A stretch of DNA of 64,000 nucleotides, taken from assembly GCA_026702745.1 (NCBI GenBank), contig JAPPBT010000018.1, positions 32,259-96,258 on the forward strand, given 5' to 3'. Of this stretch, positions 9,216-19,076 are shown in pieces. The stretch's first letter is position 1, and each line of letters opens with the position of its first letter. A program made the translations under genes and the position numbers. Below the pieces are notes generated by a model. That model worked only from the letters and a program-made list of their open reading frames with translations. It did not search any database and was not told the origin of the DNA. This DNA is from Gemmatimonadota bacterium. Its GTDB lineage: Bacteria > JAAXHH01.

Positions 9216-12026
9216 TCACACCGAGACGCCGAGGAGGCCGCGCGTTATCTGGAAATCCGTGTTGCCGACGACCGCGGCCCGAGGTGCATACCTCCCGGCG
9301 GCCGTATTCCGGATCAGGGCCAGCACGCCCTGGCGCCATTCCGCCGGTCCCCCGGTCAGGATGAGATCCACGTCTTCGCGGAAGGAACCGGGCAGTTCGT
9401 CCGCTCCGACCTGCAGCACCGGGATCATGGGATGGCCGGGCAGGGGGTGGCCGCCGACGCCGGCGACGACCAACTCCACGCCGGCCGCGCCTAGCCCGGT
9501 CAGGGTTTCCACCCAGTGGGCCGTCTGGGTCTCCATCACGTGCAATCCGGGTACCGAAGCGGGCTCTCCGTAAGTCAATGTCGGGGACGCGGTTCCATCT
9601 TTCAGACACCGCAGGAAAGCCGGGTGGCCGAGCAGCGCGGCGTTGTCCGGCACCACGACCGTACCGCCCCCATTTACGACATCGAGGATCAATTGCGACA
9701 GTGCTTCGGATACATCATTGGAAACCGGATCGGCCGTGGCAGCCGGGCATAAGGTCGTATCCGGACTGGCCGCGGTAGTCGGGCCAGCCGTCGTAGCCGG
9801 ACCAGCCGTGGCAAACAGATCCGAGGCCGGCGGACCGGCCGTCGCCACACCCAGCCTGAGCGTAGACAGGCCGGCTTCGACCGCGACCGGCCCCTCGCAG
9901 CCGTCCAGGGTCCCAGTGAACCAATCCTCGATACGGTCGATGACCTTCTCGATACCGCCGTCGAGCTGCACGCTGGCCCAGCCGAAGCTCGCAGGATCCA
10001 GACCGCGGTCGACCAGTTGCTGGCGGTAGAAATCGTTGTGCGTGCGTTCACAACCATGTTCCAGGAGCAGGGCGGCCGCCGTCATGGGGTGGGTGAGGTA
10101 GCCGGTCATGGTGCGGATGTACATCTCCTCGGATACGCCGCCCGAGACGCCGCACCCCTCGGTGTGCACCAGGGCGACGAAACGGGACAGGCCGGCGTCG
10201 CGCCCCACGCCTTTTTCGGTCAACCGTTCCGCGGCCATGCGGGCGATCTGGCCGGAGCACAGACTGGTGGGAAGTATGAGGCCGATCCGGTCGGTGGCGC
10301 GCGACCCTTTCGATTCGAACACGGGCAGCCTGAACGCCGGCGGGGGCGCCTGTTCCCCGTTCGACCGGACCGCCAGCGGCCTGCCCTCCGGTGCGGGACG
10401 ATCGCGCAGGTCCTGCAGCCGGCTCCCGTCGGTCTGCCGCCAGTCCCGCCAGATCTGGGTCTGGCTGTGGCCCGCCCGCTCGCCGCGGGTCAACTCGCCC
10501 GACGCCGCGCGCAGCGTCAGATCGAGGGTCTGCCGGCCCAGTTCTTCCATGGACACGCCATCCAGGTAAGCCCCGGCGTTCACGTCCATTTCCCCCGAGA
10601 GCATCTCGTACCGCTTCGTGGTCGTCACGAACTTGATCGTCGGCACGAAGGGGAAGTTGGTGATGGAACCGTTCCCGGTGATGAAGAAGATGAGATTGCC
10701 GCCGGACGCCACCTGGCCCGCGATGGCTTCCAGGTCATTGCCCGGACTGTCCATGAAGTAGTACCCCGGTTCCTTCATCGGGACCGCGTAGTCGATGGCG
10801 TAGTCGAGACGTACGTCCGGGTGTCGCTTACGGGCCGCGCCGATGGACTTGAGCACGATGTTGTAGATCCCCCGGAGCTTATTGCCGCCGGACGGATTGG
10901 CGTCGACCGACTGGCCGTGCCACGCCGTGCGCTCCTGGAACCGCTCGATCATATGGAGGAAGGTGCGGGCCGTCTCGATGTCCCGTACGTTGTCCAGCAC
11001 GTAGGGTTCGCCGCCGATGAGCTCGTCTGTCTCCGCGAGATTGGCCTTCCCGCCGAAGCGGATGATCTCACGGGCCACGAGCGCGGCCAGGGGATTGCCC
11101 GATATCCCGGAAAAGGAATCGGAACCGCCGCATTGAAGCACGATGTTGAGATGAGAAGCGGATACCGGTTTCCGCGAAACTCGGTTGACTGTCTCGAACC
11201 ATCCGGTGACGATCCCCGCGCAGCGCTCCAGGTCCTCTTCGAACCCGCCCTTGAGCGTCTCGAACCGGTGGGGAACATCGCTTAACGGATAGCGGTTGAG
11301 CCGCATGTAGTTTTCCAGCATCCGGTCCGAGACGAACTCGGTGCCGCGGTCCACCGCAAGCACCGCCCCGACGTTGGCATGGACCATGAAACCGGCCAGC
11401 GTCCGCAGCACCAGTTCCCGGTTGTTGGGATCCATGCCCGAGCCGCCCTCGGTATGGGCCACCGCCACCACGCCGTCGATGTTCGGGTACCGGTCCGCCT
11501 GGTCTTTCAGCAGCGATTCCAGGCGCCGCACGAAACCCGTCGTCTGCGACGTAATGCCCAGCAGAATGATATAGTTTCGGGTCCCGACACCTCGCGCCGG
11601 ACCGCGGTCGAAACCGTCGAACGCCGGCGGACGGTCACTGAGTGGAACCTGCTCGCCTGGTTTGAAGGTGGACTCATCCAGTTCGTAGGGCACAACGCGG
11701 TCTTCGAAATTGGGCTGGTCCGGGAGGGCGAAATCGACCTGGCGGACACGGAGCGCGTCGAGGATGTCCGCGTTGCACAGGTAGTCGCCGGGCGCGATGT
11801 CCCGGGTCGCCCGGCCGAAGGGCAGGCCCCAGGACAGGACGAACTCCCCGGCGGGTATGGGTTGAACGGCGAACCGGTGCCCTTCCAGCAAGGTATGGGC
11901 GAGGGAAAAGGACGCGCCGGCGTCGTCTCTCACTTCCGTTCCCGCTTCCTGCCGCCGGGAGACGATGGCCACGTTGTCGCCGGGTTCGGCCAGGCGCGCG
12001 ATGTCTTTCAACCGGCAGGCGGGCAC
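9216..12026 (-). CDS. UxaA/GarD-family (altronate/galactarate dehydratase-like) protein with duplicated core, 936 aa
   Basis: N-terminal SAF domain (DNVAIVSRRQEAGTEV...), then dehydratase N- and C-domains (~aa 150-560). A second copy of the core follows (ILPTSLCSGQIARMAAERL...VALVHTEGCGV... and GHPLPGHPMIPVLQVG...), joined by a low-complexity TAGPATTAGPTTAASPDTT linker. Confidence 0.7.
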   Translation of the reverse strand: MPACRLKDIARLAEPGDNVAIVSRRQEAGTEVRDDAGASFSLAHTLLEGHRFAVQPIPAGEFVLSWGLPFGRATRDIAPGDYLCNADILDALRVRQVDFALPDQPNFEDRVVPYELDESTFKPGEQVPLSDRPPAFDGFDRGPARGVGTRNYIILLGITSQTTGFVRRLESLLKDQADRYPNIDGVVAVAHTEGGSGMDPNNRELVLRTLAGFMVHANVGAVLAVDRGTEFVSDRMLENYMRLNRYPLSDVPHRFETLKGGFEEDLERCAGIVTGWFETVNRVSRKPVSASHLNIVLQCGGSDSFSGISGNPLAALVAREIIRFGGKANLAETDELIGGEPYVLDNVRDIETARTFLHMIERFQERTAWHGQSVDANPSGGNKLRGIYNIVLKSIGAARKRHPDVRLDYAIDYAVPMKEPGYYFMDSPGNDLEAIAGQVASGGNLIFFITGNGSITNFPFVPTIKFVTTTKRYEMLSGEMDVNAGAYLDGVSMEELGRQTLDLTLRAASGELTRGERAGHSQTQIWRDWRQTDGSRLQDLRDRPAPEGRPLAVRSNGEQAPPPAFRLPVFESKGSRATDRIGLILPTSLCSGQIARMAAERLTEKGVGRDAGLSRFVALVHTEGCGVSGGVSEEMYIRTMTGYLTHPMTAAALLLEHGCERTHNDFYRQQLVDRGLDPASFGWASVQLDGGIEKVIDRIEDWFTGTLDGCEGPVAVEAGLSTLRLGVATAGPPASDLFATAGPATTAGPTTAASPDTTLCPAATADPVSNDVSEALSQLILDVVNGGGTVVVPDNAALLGHPAFLRCLKDGTASPTLTYGEPASVPGLHVMETQTAHWVETLTGLGAAGVELVVAGVGGHPLPGHPMIPVLQVGADELPGSFREDVDLILTGGPAEWRQGVLALIRNTAAGRYAPRAAVVGNTDFQITRGLLGVSV

Positions 12027-12288
12027 GATGCCAGGGTCCTTGTCGAATAGAAAACGTACGAGGGATTCGGATCACTACACGGACAGGCAAGGTAACATCC
12101 GTCCCGATTCCGTGTCAAAGGTAATTCGGCGGCCGCGGTGTGACTCGCCGGTACGGTTGACGGCGATGAAGTTCGGTGTACATTGTCTTCCGGGTCAGGT
12201 CCTCAGCACAGCCAGACACCATGCAAGCCCGCAATGCTCACAACGGCCGGAGACCGTACCGTAACGTCCGCCAACCGGAGGTTCAAGA

Positions 12289-13881
12289 ATGCTTGTTGGA
12301 TATGTCAGTGACGAACGCTACGTCGCTATTCCCGAAGTGCTGCTGGAGTTCGAAGCCGATGGAGCATCCATCGAGGCGCGCTCCCGGGCCACGGGAGCGG
12401 TCTACGCGGACGTGACGCCCGGCCGGGAGTACAAGGTCACGCTTGCCGGCCGGGATTTCGGTTACAAAAGCGTGTACATGATCCCGCGCGAGGACGAGCC
12501 TTACCATTTCCGGCTGCTGCGGGACAGCCTGCTGGGGTACATGTGGCCCAAGTGGGTCCGGTCCGGGGAGAAATCGGAGTTCCGCGTGCACGCGGTGGAG
12601 GCTTACCAGCTTGAACTGTACCGCTACGGTTGGAAGAAGGAGTTTGTCCGGAATATCGGCTGGTACGACGAACACGGCCCCCGCGCCACCATGCAGATCA
12701 CGCCCGACGGCGACTATACCCGGTCCGGCGTGAAGTGGAATACCCAGGGCTATACGAATCCCGCCCACAAACAGTACATCGAGGCGCCGGAACGGTCCGG
12801 CCTGTACTACCTCCACGCGTCCACGGAGACGGGCGGGTTCTTCTCCTTCCCCTGGATCGTCGCGCCCGCGGCGCCGACGACCGACGTCGCCATACTGGCC
12901 GCCAACATCAACTGGAACGCCTACAACAACTTCGGAGGGCGCAGCAACTACATCCACACCGATGCCTTTCCCCCGACCCCCACGGTCAACGCCCGTTACG
13001 ACCTGAGTCGGTACACCGATTCCGAGCACCGGATGTACAGTGCGGACGACTACGCGCCGCTCTCCTTCGACCGGCCCGAGCCCATCAACCACGTTCCCGA
13101 AGACGTCGAAGCCACCGACATGATCCGGGGCAGGGCGGCCTGTCACGTGGCACCCGCCGAGTGGCGGTTCCTGGCCTGGATGGAGCGGGAGGACTTCGGC
13201 TACGACCTCTACGCCGAGACGCAGTTCCACGACGGCACGCTGCCCCTGGACCGGTACAAGGTGCTCATCACCACCACCCATCCGGAATACTGGTCGCGGG
13301 ACATGTACTACCGGCTCAAGGACTGGGTGTTCGAATCCGGCGGACGGCTCATGTACCTGGGCGGCAACGGCCTGAACTGCGAGGTCGAGTTCGTCGACGA
13401 ATACACGATGAAGGTGAAGAACGGCAACATCGATTCGCTCGACCGGCCCGGGGAGGGCATCGAAAGCCGCTTCAACATCTACAACGAATCCGAGGCGAAC
13501 CTCCTCGGCGTGGCCTTCACCCGCACGGGGATCATGACCAGCGCGCCGTACCGCGTGATCGACGCGGGCCACTGGGTCTTCGAGGGCACCGGCGTCGCGG
13601 AAGGTGAAATCTTCGGCGAAGCAAGCCTGCACGAACGGGTGCCCGGCGGGGCATCGGGACACGAAACCGACAAGATCACGCCCAATTCACCGGCAAACAC
13701 CCAACTGATCGCCAAGGGAACCAACGTGGACGACGGTGGGGCCGAAATGGTCGTACATGAGACGGAAAGCGGCGGGATGGTATTCTCGGCGGGGTCGATC
13801 ACCTACCCGTCATCGGTCCTCGTGGACGACGTGGTTTCCAGGGTCACGTCCAACGTGCTGAAGCGGTTTCTGCGGGATTGA
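12289..13881 (+). CDS. Hypothetical protein, possibly N,N-dimethylformamidase beta-subunit-like family
   Basis: 530-aa ORF with SD GGAGG upstream. Family assignment is from recollection of similar ~500-aa proteins and is weak. Confidence 0.5.
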   Translation: MLVGYVSDERYVAIPEVLLEFEADGASIEARSRATGAVYADVTPGREYKVTLAGRDFGYKSVYMIPREDEPYHFRLLRDSLLGYMWPKWVRSGEKSEFRVHAVEAYQLELYRYGWKKEFVRNIGWYDEHGPRATMQITPDGDYTRSGVKWNTQGYTNPAHKQYIEAPERSGLYYLHASTETGGFFSFPWIVAPAAPTTDVAILAANINWNAYNNFGGRSNYIHTDAFPPTPTVNARYDLSRYTDSEHRMYSADDYAPLSFDRPEPINHVPEDVEATDMIRGRAACHVAPAEWRFLAWMEREDFGYDLYAETQFHDGTLPLDRYKVLITTTHPEYWSRDMYYRLKDWVFESGGRLMYLGGNGLNCEVEFVDEYTMKVKNGNIDSLDRPGEGIESRFNIYNESEANLLGVAFTRTGIMTSAPYRVIDAGHWVFEGTGVAEGEIFGEASLHERVPGGASGHETDKITPNSPANTQLIAKGTNVDDGGAEMVVHETESGGMVFSAGSITYPSSVLVDDVVSRVTSNVLKRFLRD

Positions 13882-14832
13882 TCACAACTTCCGCTGGTAC
13901 ACCCCCGTCACGCGGTGGTTCGTGCCCTTCTCGAGGATCAGGTCCGCCCGTTCGCGCGTCGGAATGATGTTCTCGCGCAGGTTCACGAGGTTGATGTCCC
14001 GCCAGATCCCCCGGGCCGTTTCCACGGCCTCTTCCGTGCTCAATCCCGCGTAGTGGTGGAAGTAGGATTCCGGGTTCTGGAACGCGGTGTCCCGCAGCCT
14101 CAGGAAACGATCGACGTACCACTGCTCCAGGTCGTGTTCTTCCGCCTCCACGTAGATCGAGAAATCGATGAAATCGGAGACAAAGACGCGAGGCGATGCG
14201 TCGCCCGTCAGGTGATGGCCGGTCTGCAGGATGTTCAGTCCCTCGAGGATGATGATGTCCGGCTGCGTGATCGTCTTTTCCACGCCCGGAACGATATCGT
14301 AGATCAGGTGCCGGTACACCGGAACAGTGACCGATTCGCGGCCCGACTTCACGTCCGCCATCGTCCGCACCAGGCGCCGGAGATCGTAGCTTTCCGGAAA
14401 TCCCTTCCGCTGCATGAGCCCCCTTTCCTCCAGGACCCGGTTGGGAAACAGGAATCCGTCCGTCGTGACCAGGTCCACCCGGGGATGGTTCGGCCAGCGG
14501 CTCAGCAGGGCCTGCAGGATACGGGCCGTCGTGCTCTTGCCCACCGCCACGCTTCCGCCGATGCCGATGACGTAGGGCACCTTGGCGGCCGGCTTCCCGA
14601 GGAATGTGTCCATCACCCGGTAAAGGTGCTGGGCCGCGCCCACATGCAGGTTGAGGAACCGGGACATGGGCAGGTAAACCTCGGCGACCTCGTCGAGGGA
14701 GACCATCTCGTTGATGCCGTGCAGTTCCTGCAGGTCTTCTTCGGACAGCGTCAGCGGCGTCGCGGCGCGCAGCTGCGACCACTCCTCGCGAGACATGTGG
14801 TTGAAGGGGGAAAGGGATGATGATGGGGACAT
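13882..14832 (-). CDS. coaA: Type I pantothenate kinase
   Basis: P-loop [24 protein letters not shown] and ILEGLNILQ align closely with E. coli CoaA. Start placed at M17 (MSPSSS...) by alignment to the E. coli N-terminus. Confidence 0.85.
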   Translation of the reverse strand: MSPSSSLSPFNHMSREEWSQLRAATPLTLSEEDLQELHGINEMVSLDEVAEVYLPMSRFLNLHVGAAQHLYRVMDTFLGKPAAKVPYVIGIGGSVAVGKSTTARILQALLSRWPNHPRVDLVTTDGFLFPNRVLEERGLMQRKGFPESYDLRRLVRTMADVKSGRESVTVPVYRHLIYDIVPGVEKTITQPDIIILEGLNILQTGHHLTGDASPRVFVSDFIDFSIYVEAEEHDLEQWYVDRFLRLRDTAFQNPESYFHHYAGLSTEEAVETARGIWRDINLVNLRENIIPTRERADLILEKGTNHRVTGVYQRKL

Positions 14833-14890
14833 GGGTCTGGTTCCGTCGTGTTCTTCGGTTCCGTCGAGACCGGCGCGCAAGGGACGCCTT

Positions 14891-16006
14891 TCAGGATCCG
14901 TCTATCACGGCCCGGTCGATCGTTTGCTGTTCGAGCAGTTCGGGCACGGGTTCCGCGCCGGCGCCGGGCTTATCGCTTAAGACCATCTGCGACGGGCCCG
15001 AGAGTTCCAGCGTCGGCGCGCTCAGGTCCCGTTCGTAGAACCGCGTGCTCGGGAAGACGTCCGACGGATACTTCATATTGGGCAGCGTCGCCAGCGCCAT
15101 GCAGAACGACGCGCCGAGGGCCGATTCCAGCATGCCGCCCGTCCAGCAGGGGATGCCTTCGTCCTCGCAGATCCGGTTCGTCTCCAGCGCCTGGGTCAAC
15201 CCGCCGACCCTTGCCGGTTTGATGTTGATCCAGCGGGCCGCGCCGATCCGAATCGCCTTGCGGGCCTTCGCGGGGGACGTGATGCTCTCGTCCAGGCAGA
15301 CCGGCGTCTCGATCTGACGCTGCAGTTCGGCGTGGTCGACCAGGTCGTCGCGCATCAGGGGCTGCTCGATCATGGCCAGATTGTACCGGTCCAGTTTCCG
15401 GAACATGGGCAGATCGTCCAGCGTGTATCCGCTGTTGCAGTCGATATGAAAGACCGGGTCTGGAAAGGCCGAACGGACCGCGGCGATCATGTCGAGGTCC
15501 CACCCCCGGCTGTACTTCAGCTTGATCCGCTTGAACCCCGCCTCCACGGCCTGCTCGATGTTGCGCAGCAGCATGTCGATGCTGTCCTGCACCCCGAAGT
15601 CGGCACCGACGTCGATGACCGGCCCCTTGCCGCCGATCAGTTGCCAGAGCGGTTTGCCCTCCAACCGGGCGTGCAGGTCCCACCAGGCCGCGTCCAGTCC
15701 GCCCTTGGCGAAGAAGTTGCCGGCGACCCAGTTGCACGCCTCGTGCAGATCCTGGCCGCTGTCGATCCGCTTGCCGACCAGCAGCGGCGCGAGGACGTCC
15801 CGGGTCACCGCGAACACGCCGGCCGTGTATTCCGGGCTGTAGGTCGGCTTCGCGAGCGGGGTCGTCTCCCCCCAGCCCACGGCATCACCGGCGTGCATCT
15901 TCACGATGACGCTCTCGATGACGTCGTCGCTGCCGTAGGCCGTGCGCCACGGGTAGATCAGGGGCATGGCGACGTGATAGAGCTCCACCGCGTCGATGAC
16001 GGGCAT
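14891..16006 (-). CDS. Enolase-superfamily enzyme (mandelate racemase/muconate lactonizing / o-succinylbenzoate synthase-like)
   Basis: KLKYSRG (catalytic KxK), HIDCNSGY and CLDES metal-ligand motifs. Confidence 0.8.
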   Translation of the reverse strand: MPVIDAVELYHVAMPLIYPWRTAYGSDDVIESVIVKMHAGDAVGWGETTPLAKPTYSPEYTAGVFAVTRDVLAPLLVGKRIDSGQDLHEACNWVAGNFFAKGGLDAAWWDLHARLEGKPLWQLIGGKGPVIDVGADFGVQDSIDMLLRNIEQAVEAGFKRIKLKYSRGWDLDMIAAVRSAFPDPVFHIDCNSGYTLDDLPMFRKLDRYNLAMIEQPLMRDDLVDHAELQRQIETPVCLDESITSPAKARKAIRIGAARWINIKPARVGGLTQALETNRICEDEGIPCWTGGMLESALGASFCMALATLPNMKYPSDVFPSTRFYERDLSAPTLELSGPSQMVLSDKPGAGAEPVPELLEQQTIDRAVIDGS

Positions 16007-16013
16007 GGCGGCC

Positions 16014-17225
16014 TTATCCCTTCAGATCGGACAGCAGCCGGCCGGTGACCGCTTCCGCGAAGGCCGGATCGTTGATGTTGCAGTCCATCTCCGATACCGA
16101 CACGTCGGCGGAGACGTTCGATTTGATGGCGTCGTAAAGCGCCTGGTCGGCCTCGGGCCACCAGAACTCGTTCCCCGGGCTGTCGAGGATGGACACGCCC
16201 TTCAGGGGCAGAAAGATGGATACCGGCCCGCTCGAAGCGTTGGCCTTCTCCGCGATGATCTGACCGAGGCGTGCGTTCTCCTCCACGTTGGTCCGCATCA
16301 GCGTGATGTTCGGATTCCACTTGTGCAGCCTGCGGTCGCGGTACTTCTCCGGCACCGTGTCCGGCGCCCAGAAGTTCACCATGTCCAGGCAGCCCGGTAC
16401 GATTACCTGGGGAATGCCCGCCCTGCCGGCCGCGTCCATGCGTTCGGGGCCTGCGGTCAGCACGCCTCCGGCCAGTTCGTCGGCCCATTCCGTGGTCGTT
16501 ATGTCGAGCACGCCCTCGATCAGGCCCTCGTCGATCAGGCCCTCCATGGTCCGCCCGCCCGCGCCGGTGCAGTGGAAGACCAGCACCTCGTAGCCGGCTT
16601 TCTCCATGATCGCCCGGGCCTGGTCCACGGCGTCGGTGGTATTGCCGAACATGCTGGCGGTAACGAGCGGCTTGTCTTCCGCCGCTTCCTGCACCTCGGT
16701 TTCCACCATGCCCGAAATCGCGCCCGCGGCATTGGCGAAGATCCTGCGGCTGATGCGGTTGATGCCGGCCACGTCCACGACTGAAGGGATCATCGACACG
16801 TCCTTGATCCCCACGTAGTTGGTCGTGTCCCCCGCGGCCACGGTGGACACCATCACCTTGGGCACGCCCACGGGCAACGCCCGCATGGCGCTCGTCCCCA
16901 CCGCGGTGCCGGCCGATCCACCCATGCTGATGATCCCGTCGAACACGCCGGCTTCATACAGTCCCTGCACGATTTCCGCGACACCGGCCGCCATGGCGTC
17001 GATGGCCTCGCCGCGGTCGCCGCGCTTCTTCAATGCGTCGATCGTCGTGCCGGCGGCTTCGGCGACCTGTTCATTCGATACGTCTGCTTCGAAGGCGGCA
17101 TCGCCGATGACGCCTGTATCGATAACCAGCGTCCCGTGTCCACGCCGCTCGATCTCGTTTTTGACGAAGGCGAACTCATCGCCCTTGGTATCCAGTGCGC
17201 CTACGATGGCTATGGTTTTTGGCAT
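16014..17225 (-). CDS. UPF0261 / Tm-1-like family protein
   Basis: Start at M14 after AGAGGTGA SD. 403 aa with a glycine-rich N-terminus (IAIVGALDTKG); likely co-transcribed with the enolase-superfamily gene (7-nt gap). Confidence 0.65.
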   Translation of the reverse strand: MPKTIAIVGALDTKGDEFAFVKNEIERRGHGTLVIDTGVIGDAAFEADVSNEQVAEAAGTTIDALKKRGDRGEAIDAMAAGVAEIVQGLYEAGVFDGIISMGGSAGTAVGTSAMRALPVGVPKVMVSTVAAGDTTNYVGIKDVSMIPSVVDVAGINRISRRIFANAAGAISGMVETEVQEAAEDKPLVTASMFGNTTDAVDQARAIMEKAGYEVLVFHCTGAGGRTMEGLIDEGLIEGVLDITTTEWADELAGGVLTAGPERMDAAGRAGIPQVIVPGCLDMVNFWAPDTVPEKYRDRRLHKWNPNITLMRTNVEENARLGQIIAEKANASSGPVSIFLPLKGVSILDSPGNEFWWPEADQALYDAIKSNVSADVSVSEMDCNINDPAFAEAVTGRLLSDLKG

Positions 17226-17339
17226 GGAGTCACCTCTAAAATCTGTTCTCGAGTGCCGATACAATCCAACTTTTTCCGACTAATCAAGTTACAAGTGTAC
17301 GAATCTATTGTACATACCTTTATGTCAAAGGAGGGAGAG

Positions 17340-17597
17340 ATGTCGGTGGGTAAAAACCAGTACCAACCGGACTATGTAGTGTCACCTGGAATGGTCCTGG
17401 AAGAGAGATTGGCCGCGCAAGGACTCACACACGCTGAATTTGCTCGAAGATGCGACTGTTCACCGCAGCTCATTGAGGATATCATCGCGGGGAAGGCTCC
17501 GATTACACAGGAGACCGCTTTACAATTCGAATTGGTGTTAGGCGTAGATGCCAGTCTCTGGTTGGGAATTGAGGCTGATTACCGTTCTCGAACCTGA
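17340..17597 (+). CDS. XRE-family HTH protein (HigA-like antitoxin-type)
   Basis: ATG at 17340 after AAGGAGGGAGAG; 85 aa; HTH segment GLTHAEFARRCDCSPQLIEDIIAGK. No toxin partner gene is adjacent. Confidence 0.55.
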   Translation: MSVGKNQYQPDYVVSPGMVLEERLAAQGLTHAEFARRCDCSPQLIEDIIAGKAPITQETALQFELVLGVDASLWLGIEADYRSRT

Positions 17598-17771
17598 TAC
17601 CTTGACGCCGGTCACCTGATCTCCTATACTCCACCGGATGCTTCGACGAGTCCCTCCCTGCCCATCCTGCGGAGGACAACTGCGCCACGTCCGGGGCGCC
17701 CGGTATAGCTGCACGTCCTGCCGGGAAGATTACGGCCTGTTCCGAAAACGCGCTCCGTACACGGGTTTGCA

Positions 17772-18848
17772 TTGCGTCCGGCTTCAGTCGCTGGCCCAGG
17801 TCAGACAGGCCGAGGAGGAAGGGAACTGAACCTGCTCAAGAAGGCCTGGGGATGGCTCCGGTGGCTGATCGCACTGGGCATCCTCGCCTACCTTATCTAT
17901 CTCTACCGCGAACAATACGTCGACTTCATCCGCCGGGAAATCGATTTCACCTTCCTGGGCATCGGCGTCGTACTGGCCACGATAGCGACCGTGCTGGCCT
18001 TCTTCCGCTGGTACCTTCTCGCCCGGGGCCAGAAGCTGGTGCTGGGATTCCGCGAGGCCGTCCGTCTGGGTTTCGTCAGCAACCTGTTCAACTACCTGGC
18101 GCCCGGTACCGCGGGCGGCGACATCGTCCGCGCCGTGGGCATCGCGCGCCGCCAGAAATCAAGACGGACCGTAGCCGCGGCCACGGTGCTGCTCGACCGG
18201 CTGATCGGCATGCTGGCGCTGTTGATCGTCGGATCGGCGGCCGCGCTGCTGAACCAGGACCTCTGGCATCACCGGGAGATCATGATCGCCGTCCTCGTCT
18301 TCTGGGGCGGTGCCTTGACCGGGCTGATCTGCGTGGCGGTTTCCCTTCGTTTCCGGCTACTGGACTGGACCTTCTTCCAGCGGCTTACCCGGCTACGATT
18401 CGTCGGGCCTTTCTTCGCCGAACTGGCGGGCAGCCTGGCGCTCTACCAGACGCGACGCAGCGCGCTCACCGAGGCCCTGCTCATCGGCCTGGCCGGCCAG
18501 TTCTTCATGCTATCGGCCTTCTATTGCTGCGCGATGGCGCTCCTGCCCGGTGCGGCCGCGCCGGACTATTGGGCGCACCTCATGCTGATCCCCGCGGCCG
18601 AGATCATCGGCACCTTCGCGCCGGTGCCGGGGGGCGTCGGCGCGCTGGAAGGTGCGGTCATCTACATCTACCACCTCGTCAGCACGACCGCCGACGGATC
18701 GGTCCCGGGTACGGTCGCCCAGGCCACGGGACTGGCCGCCGCCCTGACGTACCGGATCGTTCGGGTCACCGTTGCCGCCGTGGGCGCCCTGTACTACATG
18801 GTTACGGATAGAAACTGGAAGGAAAGGCTGGGGCTGGAGGAGGCCTGA
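17772..18848 (+). CDS. Integral membrane protein, lysylphosphatidylglycerol synthase TM-region-like (UPF0104/flippase-like)
   Basis: Multiple hydrophobic helices and Gly-rich segments. The start codon is uncertain: the track start is TTG and the first in-frame ATG is far downstream. Confidence 0.55.
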   Translation: MRPASVAGPGQTGRGGRELNLLKKAWGWLRWLIALGILAYLIYLYREQYVDFIRREIDFTFLGIGVVLATIATVLAFFRWYLLARGQKLVLGFREAVRLGFVSNLFNYLAPGTAGGDIVRAVGIARRQKSRRTVAAATVLLDRLIGMLALLIVGSAAALLNQDLWHHREIMIAVLVFWGGALTGLICVAVSLRFRLLDWTFFQRLTRLRFVGPFFAELAGSLALYQTRRSALTEALLIGLAGQFFMLSAFYCCAMALLPGAAAPDYWAHLMLIPAAEIIGTFAPVPGGVGALEGAVIYIYHLVSTTADGSVPGTVAQATGLAAALTYRIVRVTVAAVGALYYMVTDRNWKERLGLEEA

Positions 18849-19076
18849 ACGCTGGAGTCCCGGCTGGAAGGAGGCCCGGCTGGCCAGACCTGACCGTACG
18901 GGCACGGAGAAGGTGCCGGGTCTCCCCGGCGTATCCCCGCACCCGGTCAGGGCCGAACCCCGGGTACTCGATTCCCCGGTGTCCGGCGGTATAAAAGGCT
19001 AGATCACTATATCGAGCGTCCCGGCTACCCGATTCCGCTACGCCCCGGGAGAGGAGTAGCGGACGTTTACACAACC

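Noticed and set aside
17265-17597. Complete HigB-HigA toxin-antitoxin pair
   Set aside because: Only the HigA-like HTH gene is present. Upstream is immediately the UPF0261 gene on the other strand, and there is no small toxin ORF.
18849-19076. Rho-independent terminators for the convergent flippase-like and nrdJ genes
   Set aside because: Short GC stems exist (GGCAC...GTGCC; CGCTAC...GTAGCG), but neither is followed by a convincing U-run on the relevant strand.
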